Virus record (IMG/VR): IMGVR_UViG_3300035703_000088
Location: 1,460 to 65,459 of that record
Direction: 5' to 3' (one strand)
DNA: 64,000 bases
Origin: a virus
Taxonomy: Duplodnaviria; Caudoviricetes
The position numbers were made by a program, and so were the translations under genes. Positions 37,066 to 47,450 of the stretch are shown here, one piece after another. Under the pieces are notes generated by a model, which worked only from the letters and a program-made list of their open reading frames with translations, did no database searches and was not told the origin of the DNA. The stretch's first letter is position 1. Each line of letters opens with the position of its first letter.

Positions 37066-37076
37066 AAGGAGACCAC

Positions 37077-37520
37077 ATGGCATCCAACACCGGACTCACA
37101 AAGTCGCTCAAGGCCCTTCTCTCAGACGTTGTGACCTTCTACTTCATGGCCCACGGATTCCATTGGAACGTGGAGGGTCCGGACTTCAGCCAATACCATG
37201 GGCTTTTCTCCGACATTTATGAGGACGCCTACAGTTCTATTGACCCCATCGCAGAGAACCTGCGGAAGTTGGACGAGTACGCCCCGTTCAACCTCCAGAA
37301 GTTTATTGACATGCGGACCATCACTTTTAAAGATGTGTCCCCCACTCCGAAAGCGATGGCCGGGGCTTTGTTGACGGCAAATGAGGCCCTCATCAAGCAG
37401 TTGTATGTTACATTTAAAGATGCTGAGAAAGAAAATCAGCAAGGTATTCTTAATTTCATTTCCGAGCGGATTGACATGCACATGAAGTGGTCGTGGCAAC
37501 TCCGAGCATCAACTAAGTGA
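37077..37520 (+). CDS. dps: Dps (ferritin-like DNA protection protein)
   Basis: HGFHWNVEGPDFSQYHGLF...DPIAENLR. Confidence 0.92.
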   Translation: MASNTGLTKSLKALLSDVVTFYFMAHGFHWNVEGPDFSQYHGLFSDIYEDAYSSIDPIAENLRKLDEYAPFNLQKFIDMRTITFKDVSPTPKAMAGALLTANEALIKQLYVTFKDAEKENQQGILNFISERIDMHMKWSWQLRASTK

Positions 37521-37530
37521 GGTAACCATC

Positions 37531-37824
37531 ATGGCTGAGAGTAAGAAAGACCCCCGTCTGGCCCGTGCAGGTGTCTCTGGGTACAACAAGCCCAAGGCAA
37601 CGCCGGATCATCCGACTAAGTCGCACATCGTCGTCGCCAAAGTGGGCGATCAAGTTAAGACCATCCGCTTTGGTGAGCAGGGCGCTGAGACGGCGGGTAA
37701 GCCCAAGGCGGGTGAGTCCGAGCGCATGAAGGACAAGCGTGCATCGTTTAAGTCTCGCCATGCTAAGAACATCGCTAAGGGCAAGATGTCGGCCGCTTAC
37801 TGGGCCGACAAGGTGAAGTGGTAA
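37531..37824 (+). CDS. Small basic conserved phage protein
   Basis: GVSGYNKPK...IRFGEQG...SFKSRH...SAAYWADKVKW; RBS GAGGT. Confidence 0.75.
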   Translation: MAESKKDPRLARAGVSGYNKPKATPDHPTKSHIVVAKVGDQVKTIRFGEQGAETAGKPKAGESERMKDKRASFKSRHAKNIAKGKMSAAYWADKVKW

Positions 37825-38087
37825 TGGCTCCCCGAAAGACCAGCACCCCTAAGAAGACCACGCAGTACTACCGGGATAATCCGGAGGCTCGTGATAAGAA
37901 GGACGCCTACAACAAGGATTACAACGCTAAGCCTGAGGAGAAGGAGAAGCGTCGTGAACTTGCTGAAGAGCGCCGTAAGCGTGGGGTTATGGGAAAAGGT
38001 GGTAAGGATATGTCCCATACCAAGGATGGTCGCATCGTGGCGGAAGAACCATCTAAGAATCGTGCACGGAATAGAGGAAAAAAGTAA
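37824..38087 (+). CDS. Small basic protein with degenerate HNH-like C-terminus
   Basis: GKDMSH...SKNRARN; TAATG coupling. Confidence 0.6.
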   Translation: MAPRKTSTPKKTTQYYRDNPEARDKKDAYNKDYNAKPEEKEKRRELAEERRKRGVMGKGGKDMSHTKDGRIVAEEPSKNRARNRGKK

Positions 38088-38089
38088 CG

Positions 38090-38281
38090 ATGGCCGCTAA
38101 AAAGAAGACCGAATCAAAGGTCAACGAAGCCGGTAACTACACCAAGCCTGCTCTGCGTAAGCGTTTGTTTAATGAGATCAAGGCAGGCACCAAGGGTGGT
38201 GACCCCGGTGAATGGTCCGCTCGCAAGGCTCAACTTCTGGCAAAGAAGTACAAAGAAGCCGGTGGCGGGTACAAGGACTGA
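38090..38281 (+). CDS. Small basic protein (DUF5872 N-terminal-like half)
   Basis: NYTKPALR...GEWSARKAQLLAKKYKEAGGGY. Confidence 0.7.
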   Translation: MAAKKKTESKVNEAGNYTKPALRKRLFNEIKAGTKGGDPGEWSARKAQLLAKKYKEAGGGYKD

Positions 38282-38283
38282 CT

Positions 38284-38532
38284 ATGGCTAAGAAAGACCC
38301 GCAAAAGTCCTTGGACAAGTGGACCAAGGAAGACTGGCGTACCTCTGACGGCTCAGAGTCAAAAGGCAAGAAACGCTATCTTCCAGACAAGGCGTGGAAG
38401 GCACTGTCTCCGGAAGAGAAGGCGGCTACCAACAAGGCCAAGGCTGAGGGCAACCGCAAAGGTAAGCAGTTTGTGGACCAGCCAAAGCAGATCGCAAAGA
38501 AGACGAGCAAGTACCGGAAAGGAGGACAGTAA
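38284..38532 (+). CDS. Small basic protein (DUF5872 C-terminal-like half)
   Basis: QKSLDKWTKEDWRT...RYLPDKAW...GKQFV. Confidence 0.7.
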   Translation: MAKKDPQKSLDKWTKEDWRTSDGSESKGKKRYLPDKAWKALSPEEKAATNKAKAEGNRKGKQFVDQPKQIAKKTSKYRKGGQ

Positions 38533-38533
38533 T

Positions 38534-38647
38534 ATGTGTAAGGAATGTGGTTGCGGATTGAGCAACAAGAAGGACCCCGGCTACGGCAAGGGACCGGCGA
38601 AGGGCAAGAAGGCTCCTGCCAAGAAGACCCCCGCTAAGAAGAAGTGA
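38534..38647 (+). CDS. Tiny Lys-rich protein (MCKECGCG...PAKK repeats)
   Basis: 37 aa read manually; RBS GGAGG; histone H1-like PAKK tail. Confidence 0.6.
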   Translation: MCKECGCGLSNKKDPGYGKGPAKGKKAPAKKTPAKKK

Positions 38648-38655
38648 AGCAGTTC

Positions 38656-39447
38656 TTAACCCTGAAGAAGTTTCTTCAGACCGTTGAACATCTCTTGAAC
38701 TGCACCAACCGTCTCGGCGCTGACCGTGATGGTTTCCACTTTGTCGTTCCACGACAAGGCTAGGCACCCTGTCTTGGGTGTGGGGAAGTCTTCAGCAACT
38801 TCCTGCGGGTCCTCTAGTACGAGGTTGATCTCCCGCAACCCACCCATCAACAGGGTGATCAAGTCGCTCTTGGTAGCAGACTTATCATGCTCCAGCCCCA
38901 ACAGTTTCGCTTGGCGACGAAGTGCCGCGATGGGCTGTGACTGCAACTCCTCCTCAGAGAACTTGTCAATCTCAGACTCGGCCTTCTCTTCCTCCACCAC
39001 TGCTTCTACCGCTTCGGGCTGATCAGGGTCAACAACGTCAATCGGCGCAAGAGCGTTCGTCAGGTCAAGCAGGCGCATGCCCTTGGCGTGTGCCTTCAGG
39101 ATGGCGACTTCCGTACTCGGCTCGTCATCCCACAACACGAGGATGGTGTTACCACCGAGATCACTGGTTGCTCGGACGGTGGCGTCCAACGGGTCCGTGG
39201 CTTGGTGGTGCTCCAACGCATCCTTGACCAATGCCTTCGGGATACCTTCTCCAACAATGTGGTAGGGGTGCTCAAAGTCAATGATGGCGGTGTACACACG
39301 GTCCATACTGTCGCTGGGCTTGCCCCCATACCACGGCAGTACGAAGTCGTTGTTGCCGACGAGTTCGGACAGGCTGTCTTCAATGACATTGGCGGTGGCT
39401 CGGCCATTGCCGATGACACCAATAACGCCTCGCTGGGCTTTGGTCAT
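38656..39447 (-). CDS. Hypothetical protein with Rho-N/HeH-like motif
   Basis: LQSQPIAALRRQAKLLGLEHDKSATKSDLI; RBS AGGAG. Confidence 0.6.
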   Translation of the reverse strand: MTKAQRGVIGVIGNGRATANVIEDSLSELVGNNDFVLPWYGGKPSDSMDRVYTAIIDFEHPYHIVGEGIPKALVKDALEHHQATDPLDATVRATSDLGGNTILVLWDDEPSTEVAILKAHAKGMRLLDLTNALAPIDVVDPDQPEAVEAVVEEEKAESEIDKFSEEELQSQPIAALRRQAKLLGLEHDKSATKSDLITLLMGGLREINLVLEDPQEVAEDFPTPKTGCLALSWNDKVETITVSAETVGAVQEMFNGLKKLLQG

Positions 39448-39456
39448 GTTGTTCTC

Positions 39457-39711
39457 CTATTTGAGCGACCGGCGCAAAGAGAGGTCGCCTGTGAGCGTGA
39501 CCAGTCTCAGCACCGAGTGGGTGGCACCCGCGATTGTACTGATCGCCAATCCTGAAAGCAATACATTGTTTTCGGACAGCCACCACGACGCACCAACGCC
39601 CAACACGACCCCGAGGAGCACGGTAACCCAAGCACTCAGTTCCTTCGGTATGAGCGTTGTCAAAACATGGAGGGCTTTATAGACGGCTAGTCCACCAATA
39701 AGTATTGTCAC
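39457..39711 (-). CDS. Small membrane protein (holin candidate)
   Basis: Two to three hydrophobic segments and a basic C-terminus; located at the end of the tail operon. Confidence 0.5.
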   Translation of the reverse strand: MTILIGGLAVYKALHVLTTLIPKELSAWVTVLLGVVLGVGASWWLSENNVLLSGLAISTIAGATHSVLRLVTLTGDLSLRRSLK

Positions 39712-39719
39712 GCTGGGTA

Positions 39720-42083
39720 CTATACACCCGGGATACTGTTGAAAATCAGTTTGGCGTAACTACTCGCGGCGATGTACGCCTGTTCGGTGGTGGGCACCGC
39801 ATACGCAATGTTGTTTTCCACCAGTCGGCGTGAACGCATGTAGTCCGGCGAGTAATACGAGAAGTCCGCATTTGCGCCGTTTGCGCCCCAACGGTAGTCG
39901 TGAGTTCCGTAACTACCTCCTGAACCACCGGCCAACCAACCACCGTTGACACTGTTTCCGTCAAAGAAGTCGCCAATAACTTTGGGCTCAAAGACGGCAT
40001 CAGCGACGGTCAAGGGGGTCGTGGAGTTGATTGAGGCATTGATAATCAAGGAACAATTGTTAATGCCCCGTGGCCACTCGTAGTAACTGGTGTCGGGCAC
40101 CCGCAGTTTCCACCACTTCCGTGTACCACGGAGCGCAGACTCCGTACGCACTGGTGAAGATGAACTAACCATTGAGACGCCTATTTCGTTGTTGTACAGT
40201 TCCACAGATGTAATTCGGTCGTTTACATCGTCTATTGAGAAGTAATAGTCAATACCTCGCATAATAGGCACATGCTTGTAGACACCAGATTGGCGAACAA
40301 GGTCGGTTAACTGTACAGCGACAGCGGATGCTGATGAGGTGGTCCCAACCGTTTGATAACGCTTGATGTTTGCGGTAACGCTGACATCATAGAAAGCACT
40401 GATTGCCGCCTCTTCGTACTCAACCACTTCCGGAGAGGGGAATGTCAGAGATGCCCCGGATGCACGCCAAAAAGACGCGGTGTCTACGGACGCGGCGGTG
40501 CCTACAATGCCACCAGCGAACTTAGGGTCACGGCACAAGTTCACACGGTTTGAATAAACCTTAATGTTATACGGGTACTTGTCCATTGCTGACACGCTTT
40601 GCACCCTGAGGAACAGGTCAACTGACTTCATGGTGTCGTACGCAATAAACATGTGGAAGAACTTAGTACCAGTAGTAAGTGTTCCGTCACCCACAATACC
40701 CATATTAAGTTGTACGTTTGTCTTCATCTCCGTACTTGGGTATCTGACATTAGTGATGAATCCTGCCGGACCAACAACCGATGCTGAGTTGATGTAGTTC
40801 ACCACACTGGCAGACTGGGTGGTGTCCGAAACCATAAAGCCAATAACAGAGGCCCCCTGCCCAGCCGTAAGGGACTGCGCCGAGTACTCAACGAGAATGG
40901 ATGACGCTTGGCTGGCATTTAGAAGTTCAGCCTTGAGACAAGCAATGTTGATCTCTGATACGGATGCCCCAGAAACAGAGGAGGCCGTTAAAGATACACC
41001 CGTGTAGTTTTGTAGTGTGCTGGCGTTCCACCCCGTGGTAGAAGGTGGGGTAGTAACGGCAGTTGCTGATATCGGCTGTGAAGACGGGCGCTCCAGACGC
41101 CACTTTTCAGTGGCAGGGGCTAGAGTACTCGGACTGTTTGCGGTGGTTACTGTGCCGTAACTCAAATGGACAGATGTCAGGTAGTTAGGGTTCACAGGAA
41201 CGATCTCGGTGTCACAACCCGTAAGAGCCGTGATGAACTCTTCAACACCTCGTACACGGCCCTTAATCTGAGATTGGTACTTGTACAGAGAAAGAAGGTT
41301 ACGGGCTCGTGCTCCGCCAATCTCAGTTGCGTTAACCGGAATACCCAACTGGAAAGTAAGTTCGTCAAGCGCCTCAGTGTTGGCAATGCTGGGGTCGTTC
41401 TTCTCCATCAAGTAAGCGGTCGTAGTACGCAGGTAGTCCATGTCCCATCCGATGACGTCCAGCATGCGGTACAACGGGCCCTTGTCCTTGAGGTCGTCAG
41501 GCAAGTTACCGTCCAAGCCGGTTGCGTAATTCAATAGCCCGAGGGATTCGTCGTCAAACCGGTAGTGCATCGGGATTCGGCTATACAGCAAGTTACGAGA
41601 GCCGTAGTTGGTGGGCACCAGCACTTCCGTAGAAGCAACCTTTTCGTACCAACTGCGGGTGGCAACTGACTCATACTTGATAAACATGCTGTAGTACGCC
41701 CACTTACCAGACGGCACACCCTCGTGGTAGTACAAAGACACATCATTGCGTTTTGTGGTCAGGATGGTGTCCCCCTCAGCGACTGTCTGAGGTTGGCCAA
41801 GCGCTGAATACACAATCCGCACTTCAGAGGGCTGTGGTGTAGCGGTCAGGCTTGTGGCGAGGGCGATGCTTACTCCCCACGACAATTTGGTGGCGTTGTA
41901 ATCAGAGGGTATAACCGCAAAGAACCCACGACCAGCCTCGTTCGGGGGGATCGTGTAGCCATCGCCCTTTAGGGGCGAACTGTCGTCAAGCCCAGCGCCA
42001 CTAAACGCTGAGGGGTCCTGCTGAAGGAAGGACCCAGTACTTGCGTTGGTGGGAGTCTTGAGTTGAAAAGATGCGTATGCCAT
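39720..42083 (-). CDS. Baseplate/tail protein (P2 gpI-like domain + beta-rich C-terminus)
   Basis: LYSRIPMHYR...LDELTFQLG...KGRVRGVE; follows the J-like gene. Confidence 0.7.
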   Translation of the reverse strand: MAYASFQLKTPTNASTGSFLQQDPSAFSGAGLDDSSPLKGDGYTIPPNEAGRGFFAVIPSDYNATKLSWGVSIALATSLTATPQPSEVRIVYSALGQPQTVAEGDTILTTKRNDVSLYYHEGVPSGKWAYYSMFIKYESVATRSWYEKVASTEVLVPTNYGSRNLLYSRIPMHYRFDDESLGLLNYATGLDGNLPDDLKDKGPLYRMLDVIGWDMDYLRTTTAYLMEKNDPSIANTEALDELTFQLGIPVNATEIGGARARNLLSLYKYQSQIKGRVRGVEEFITALTGCDTEIVPVNPNYLTSVHLSYGTVTTANSPSTLAPATEKWRLERPSSQPISATAVTTPPSTTGWNASTLQNYTGVSLTASSVSGASVSEINIACLKAELLNASQASSILVEYSAQSLTAGQGASVIGFMVSDTTQSASVVNYINSASVVGPAGFITNVRYPSTEMKTNVQLNMGIVGDGTLTTGTKFFHMFIAYDTMKSVDLFLRVQSVSAMDKYPYNIKVYSNRVNLCRDPKFAGGIVGTAASVDTASFWRASGASLTFPSPEVVEYEEAAISAFYDVSVTANIKRYQTVGTTSSASAVAVQLTDLVRQSGVYKHVPIMRGIDYYFSIDDVNDRITSVELYNNEIGVSMVSSSSPVRTESALRGTRKWWKLRVPDTSYYEWPRGINNCSLIINASINSTTPLTVADAVFEPKVIGDFFDGNSVNGGWLAGGSGGSYGTHDYRWGANGANADFSYYSPDYMRSRRLVENNIAYAVPTTEQAYIAASSYAKLIFNSIPGV

Positions 42084-43618
42084 TAGGGTGCAGACACTCC
42101 GTTGATTGCAGTAATCGTGACGGCAGGTTTATTGTTTGCGGTATCCCAACCGATCTTAAACAGGCTGGTTTCCCCAGATCGGATAGTTCCCGACAACCCA
42201 CTGGTACTTGTGATTGTGTCGCTGGTAGCGCTGACCGTATTAAATCCAGTCACAACAGCGTAATCCACACCTTCAACGGCGAGAATCGCACGGTACACAT
42301 CACCGATAGTCATGGTTTGGTTAAACGATACGTTGCTAAACTCAAACAGTTTAAGTATCGCTGTATTGACCTTTTCTGTTACTGATGTTTGTATATAGTT
42401 ATTCTTTACATACAAAGTAACATTGATGTAAATCTGAGTCAAAGACACCGTGGCCGGGACAGTTACCGTGGTAATACCCAGCATGGCCTTAGACAACAAC
42501 TCAAACTGCACGGCATTGCGTAGCGCTGACGGAACGGCAATAGAAGATGCCGAGGCGGTCGTATAACCATCTTGGTCATTCAGGGCGTACACGGTAACCG
42601 AGGCACCAGACGTAGACGCGCCAGTGTATACTGCCGTGGACTTTGCCACAGACGGCACGCCGAGGGCCAAATCCACGAAGTCGGACAAGGTAATCCCAGC
42701 GTCTCGCACCCGCATCATGCTCGGCAAAGCGTTCTTGATGGACTCCGCAGATTCGTGGTCACGACCACCACTAGCCGCAACAGGGTTTGTAATGCTACGG
42801 ATAGCGGGAAACGACGTTGAATTGATGCTGGTAATAGTGTTTGGCTCCACGTTTCCGGATGCCCCGTCGCATGTCGCAAAAGTAGCGGTGATTGTCGTAC
42901 CGACTGGTGGTATACGGCCGTTCAAGCCGTCACCAAACACCACCTGTGTACGGCCAGCACCGTCATATGAAATTGTGAATGCGGATTCACTAGAGGTAGC
43001 AAACGCCAGTTGTGGGGTAACCAACCACTCCACAGGAGCCCCTCCTACTCCTTCACCGACATAAACCTTGATTGAAGCAACGTCAACTTTTGTACCGTAG
43101 ATGTAAAACCGTTGACCGGGGAAACCATCGCTGGTCGTTGACCCCGACTCATTCACCAAAGTAGAGGGGGCCGTGGACTGGGTACCCTGACGCAACGGGA
43201 TTTGCACCGTGGTGCTCGTAGGCGCGGTAACGTCGCTTGTACTGTAGAAAGCGATGTTTCCGTACTTAGGCGACTTAGAAACAAACTTTGTACCGGACGG
43301 GACGATGACCGAAGCGCCTGTATTCTCAACCGTTACATAAGCAGTTGCGGCGCTAACTGGGTTAGGCACATACCCGTACAGGTTGGCAAAGGCCAACACG
43401 GAAGATGGCTGGGTGGCGGTGGGGAGAAACGCCTCAGTAGCGGCTCGGTCAATGTAATAGTGCATGACATCAGCCGCATACGCCCACAGATCAACCAAGG
43501 CCATGGTGAAGTCGGAAGGGTCACGGTCAGTCCAATCAGGGATGGACCGACTGGCCCGCTCCAAGAGAGACTCTCGGATGGTGGAGTAATCTCTATTCGT
43601 ATAATCAAAAGTAGCCAT
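42083..43618 (-). CDS. Baseplate wedge protein (gpJ/T4 gp6-like)
   Basis: DYTNRDY...DPSDF...EAFLPTA...FGDGLNGRIP...GGRDHES. Confidence 0.9.
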   Translation of the reverse strand: MATFDYTNRDYSTIRESLLERASRSIPDWTDRDPSDFTMALVDLWAYAADVMHYYIDRAATEAFLPTATQPSSVLAFANLYGYVPNPVSAATAYVTVENTGASVIVPSGTKFVSKSPKYGNIAFYSTSDVTAPTSTTVQIPLRQGTQSTAPSTLVNESGSTTSDGFPGQRFYIYGTKVDVASIKVYVGEGVGGAPVEWLVTPQLAFATSSESAFTISYDGAGRTQVVFGDGLNGRIPPVGTTITATFATCDGASGNVEPNTITSINSTSFPAIRSITNPVAASGGRDHESAESIKNALPSMMRVRDAGITLSDFVDLALGVPSVAKSTAVYTGASTSGASVTVYALNDQDGYTTASASSIAVPSALRNAVQFELLSKAMLGITTVTVPATVSLTQIYINVTLYVKNNYIQTSVTEKVNTAILKLFEFSNVSFNQTMTIGDVYRAILAVEGVDYAVVTGFNTVSATSDTITSTSGLSGTIRSGETSLFKIGWDTANNKPAVTITAINGVSAP

Positions 43619-43632
43619 TAGTTACCTCAGTC

Positions 43633-44019
43633 CTAACCGTTCTCTGTAAGTGTAACATCAAGAGTCCTAACAGCATTACTGCTCGGCAACCTATATTGTA
43701 CGTTTACCTGCACCGACGACCATGCGTCACCCATGTAGGGCATGGCTTCCGGTTTAATCACGATGTCTACAATCTGGACGCCCGAAACTACCCTGCCGAT
43801 CTCTGACAACACGGTGGCCCGGTAGTCAGCCCAAATCAGGTCACTGACCGGCTCAAATAGCATGTTGTAGGCGTTACCACCGTAGTTCGGGCGCATTACA
43901 CGTTCGCCGTAGTTTGTAACCATAAAATTGACTATCTTTTGCTCTATTATCTTAAAATAGTCATATGTATCTGAAGTACTACCGTTAACATAATTAAACG
44001 GCATTTTTAGTGCGATCAT
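43633..44019 (-). CDS. Baseplate wedge subunit (gp25/GpW-like)
   Basis: TNYGERVMRPNYG...LFEP. Confidence 0.88.
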   Translation of the reverse strand: MIALKMPFNYVNGSTSDTYDYFKIIEQKIVNFMVTNYGERVMRPNYGGNAYNMLFEPVSDLIWADYRATVLSEIGRVVSGVQIVDIVIKPEAMPYMGDAWSSVQVNVQYRLPSSNAVRTLDVTLTENG

Positions 44020-45176
44020 AATGCGTACATCTCCTCCATGGGGTACGTTGACTGCCAAACGCTGTTGATCAAAACGGGGGGCGCAGGCTCAACGTAAGTT
44101 GACACGGGGTAAACCGTCTTACTTGAATCCTTAATAGCGTCACTAATCAAGCGGGCCTCAGTCAGCATGCGGTCGTGCGTAATGGTTTGGCAGACACTCT
44201 GGACATACCAGAGACCGTCAAACTTAGAACTAAAGTCTCCAACACGAACAACACCCCCGGGACTGACTCCGGCGATACCGATGGTGCTGACGTTCAACAT
44301 GAACACATCACGGGCACGGCTCTGGCCACGAACAATGGCTTCTGCCAACTCAAGGGTTGAGGCGTTACTGTTCAGGACATCGGTACCGGTTTCTCCGTAG
44401 CGTTGACCAAACTCGGAGTCGGGGCGCTGGTAGGTGTCTGAGTAAAAGTTACCTTGCTCATTTAGTGAGTACAGAGACTTAAGATTAGACTTTTTAAACG
44501 GATCACCAAATTCGCCATTCAACTCCAGAATAGACCCCGGTAAGTTCATCTCTGCCGCGCCGCGGGCGTGCACATTAAGCATCGCATGATAAGAGATTTG
44601 GCGTGAGATGGATTTAGTCGGGTCCCACACATGGATATGCGTTCCGTGGACGCTGAAGTGTAGACCGTGCAACTCGCACACCTTTGTGAGCAAAGACCAA
44701 TCAGTTTCACTGGCTTGAACCAGCCTCGGAAGAGTAACGCCAGTTGTGGGTACAGAGAATGTGAACTTGTGCTTTGTCGCAAGGTCCTTTACGACCTGCT
44801 CCAACGTGACAGCCTGCCACACGTTATTTTCTTTGTTAGACATCACTCGGGATGCACCGAGGCACACAAGGTTTAGTTTTTGGATGGTGTACCCGCCGAT
44901 AACACCACCAGTCGTGGTGTACTCGGGCTCCACGCTAACAACATAGCCGTAAAAGGAATGACCATCGTCCCCTTGGTAGCACTTAATGCGTATACCACGA
45001 TCAAGGTAATCGGTAACCAATGCCCCCGGAACTCCAGCCAAAGTAACCACGGCCATGTCATGGTGGTTTACCTCCAGATCAAGACGAACGCGAACGATGG
45101 AGTTTTCATAAATGTCAACTCCATCAATGATCACCTCAGTACTGGGTGAACTTGGCTCGTTCGTCCTAAAGATCAT
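44016..45176 (-). CDS. Baseplate hub protein (gp27/GpD/VgrG N-terminal-like)
   Basis: QASETDWSLL; FDGLWYVQSV; position in the operon. Confidence 0.8.
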   Translation of the reverse strand: MIFRTNEPSSPSTEVIIDGVDIYENSIVRVRLDLEVNHHDMAVVTLAGVPGALVTDYLDRGIRIKCYQGDDGHSFYGYVVSVEPEYTTTGGVIGGYTIQKLNLVCLGASRVMSNKENNVWQAVTLEQVVKDLATKHKFTFSVPTTGVTLPRLVQASETDWSLLTKVCELHGLHFSVHGTHIHVWDPTKSISRQISYHAMLNVHARGAAEMNLPGSILELNGEFGDPFKKSNLKSLYSLNEQGNFYSDTYQRPDSEFGQRYGETGTDVLNSNASTLELAEAIVRGQSRARDVFMLNVSTIGIAGVSPGGVVRVGDFSSKFDGLWYVQSVCQTITHDRMLTEARLISDAIKDSSKTVYPVSTYVEPAPPVLINSVWQSTYPMEEMYAL

Positions 45177-45439
45177 CGTTCAGGAATACGAATCGGTGTT
45201 CCCGCAGGAATACGGTCGGGAAATGGAACATGAGGATTTATGTCAGCGATCTCCCAGTACTGTTCGGGGTCACTAAAGTATTTGAACGCAAGGGAATCAA
45301 ACGTCTCGCCTTCCCCCGCGATGATCGTTGAGTATGACCGTGGATTACGTTGCTTACGAAGTGCTTCAATGGCAACAGACCCCGTTGTGTTCGTTGGGGA
45401 CTTTACATACCTAGACTTGCTTTTAAATATGATTGCCAT
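45173..45439 (-). CDS. LysM-like tail/baseplate protein
   Basis: GETFDSLAFKYFSDPEQYWEIADINP...IRIP. Confidence 0.85.
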   Translation of the reverse strand: MAIIFKSKSRYVKSPTNTTGSVAIEALRKQRNPRSYSTIIAGEGETFDSLAFKYFSDPEQYWEIADINPHVPFPDRIPAGTPIRIPER

Positions 45440-45446
45440 AAAAATC

Positions 45447-47450
45447 CTAACGCTCTTGTGGAGGAATAACTGGGCTGTTTGAATCGCGTGCCGGACTGGT
45501 AGTGGGGACGGACAAGCGCGGCTTTACATACATGTTCTTTTTACGGTTCAGGCCATATTTAACAAGGCTACCCGTTGATCTAACTATATTTCCGTCAACG
45601 TCTTCAAAAGTCACCGAGACGTTTACTGTTGCATATACCTTGACTTCATCAACCGATTGCCCGTCCGGTATTGCACTAGCAAAGTATAAATTTCTTGCTA
45701 GGTTCTTAGCATCTTCGGAACCCATACCACCGTCTATAAGACCCATAAGAATTGTATTTGATACATTGGTAATCTGACTATTCTTTGTTGCCCCACTTCC
45801 ACCGAGTGCCCCATTACGGATGAAGTCGCTGTATGAGGTAATAGCGGGGGCCGTGATAGGGCCTAATTCCAAAATTGTAACAGGGGAGGACTCACTAGGG
45901 TCAGCAAGGTCACGAGTCAGCACAATGGAGTCTATTTGATGCGTTATTGATCGCATGTTACCTTCTGCCATAAACTTGATAAAAGGTTGTGAAGATTGCG
46001 CGGCGTCATCCGCGTCCGTGTCTCTAAAGTTGTACGCGGTACGGAACCCAAATTGAACAACTATTGTGTTGAACGACAATACGTCATCTATATAGTAATT
46101 GTCGTTGTAAGAATGACCTAACGGATTACACCACTTTGCAGGATTATCATCGTTGTCCGTACCACATAGAAGTATCTCGTAGTCATTCTTAATGGAGTCA
46201 ACCGCCACAAGTAGTTTGCGGAAAGACGGGTTTACAGGAGTAAGCGCTGGGGGAGCAGTTGGAGTCGTGATGTTGGGCTCATTGGCTTGCTCAAGAATCT
46301 CAGTGAGGAACGTCTTTTCACGAGCAAATCCGATGTAACGGGCCTCCATTTGTATCGCCAAAGTCGCAGTTACAGGGACCATGTTCCGAGAGAACTTGGT
46401 GAACAGCAAGTTCACACCCGTCACATACCCGTCAACCATGTACAACGACGAGAACACCACACGAACAGGGTTAGGAATCAAGAATGCGCGGTTAGATTCG
46501 GCACCCAAAGAAGTTAACCGTGTACGCACCTGCTCTATATCAAACCCCTCGGTAGAGTTTGTGTCCTCACCGTCACCCGCAATCTCTTTAACAACAGAAC
46601 CAAGTGTCGTAGCACTTGCCCCGGGTTCGCTGTCATAAGTGACCACAAATGAGTGGGGCGTGACATTACTTACTTGACTAACAGTTGCCCCAGTGACATT
46701 AAATCCCACCGGAACACATCCAGAAATATTTATAGTCTGTCCGTTAGTGACAAAGTCTTTCGTAGCATGTTCAAACTTAACAGGAAACTTACCGTCATCT
46801 TCATCTAATACCTCTATTTTTGTGATGGCTGATGTCTCACTGTCGCCATCGGCATCAGAAGCCTGATTAGCAAATTGAATCTCGGCACGCTTAAGAGCCA
46901 CCTCAACTGCTTCAGGGTCAACACCGACACCAATAACTTTGTCCAGCACGTTGATATCCGCCAACACACCAATTTCATAAGCGGATGCGGTGTCGCCGCC
47001 CAAGTCGTTTACATTTCGGGCGCGTAGAGCGTTATTTATACCGGCGTTAACTTCCGCTTGGCGATCCAACATAATTTCAAACGAGAAGTTTGCTTGGCCC
47101 GGTACTGGAAGGGTCAACTCACCCGGGGTTAGCAATAGAGGGTTAAGCATGTCGGTATTCATTGCCAAGTTACGCATAAGCGCTGGAGGGTTGAACTGAA
47201 AGAAGAAACGCCTATCTGCGTTGGTTACCCCAGCAATGCGGTTCAAGGAACGTATGAAGCCTTTTGTTTGACGATCAAAACTCGTGTTTGACTGCGACCC
47301 AATACCCAGTTTTTCTTGGTACCTACTAACACCGGGGTATAGGAAGGGCTCGTTGTCACGCTCTGAAGGTGTGAGTCCTCCTGCGCCAGCGATTCCGGTA
47401 AGGTTTTCTTCCGGAGGCAGATACCACTGATTGTCACGGTACCCAGTCAT
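45447..47450 (-). CDS. Tail tube initiator/baseplate protein
   Basis: FFFQFNP...; GYVTGVNLLFTKFSRNMVP; follows the tape measure. Confidence 0.65.
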   Translation of the reverse strand: MTGYRDNQWYLPPEENLTGIAGAGGLTPSERDNEPFLYPGVSRYQEKLGIGSQSNTSFDRQTKGFIRSLNRIAGVTNADRRFFFQFNPPALMRNLAMNTDMLNPLLLTPGELTLPVPGQANFSFEIMLDRQAEVNAGINNALRARNVNDLGGDTASAYEIGVLADINVLDKVIGVGVDPEAVEVALKRAEIQFANQASDADGDSETSAITKIEVLDEDDGKFPVKFEHATKDFVTNGQTINISGCVPVGFNVTGATVSQVSNVTPHSFVVTYDSEPGASATTLGSVVKEIAGDGEDTNSTEGFDIEQVRTRLTSLGAESNRAFLIPNPVRVVFSSLYMVDGYVTGVNLLFTKFSRNMVPVTATLAIQMEARYIGFAREKTFLTEILEQANEPNITTPTAPPALTPVNPSFRKLLVAVDSIKNDYEILLCGTDNDDNPAKWCNPLGHSYNDNYYIDDVLSFNTIVVQFGFRTAYNFRDTDADDAAQSSQPFIKFMAEGNMRSITHQIDSIVLTRDLADPSESSPVTILELGPITAPAITSYSDFIRNGALGGSGATKNSQITNVSNTILMGLIDGGMGSEDAKNLARNLYFASAIPDGQSVDEVKVYATVNVSVTFEDVDGNIVRSTGSLVKYGLNRKKNMYVKPRLSVPTTSPARDSNSPVIPPQER

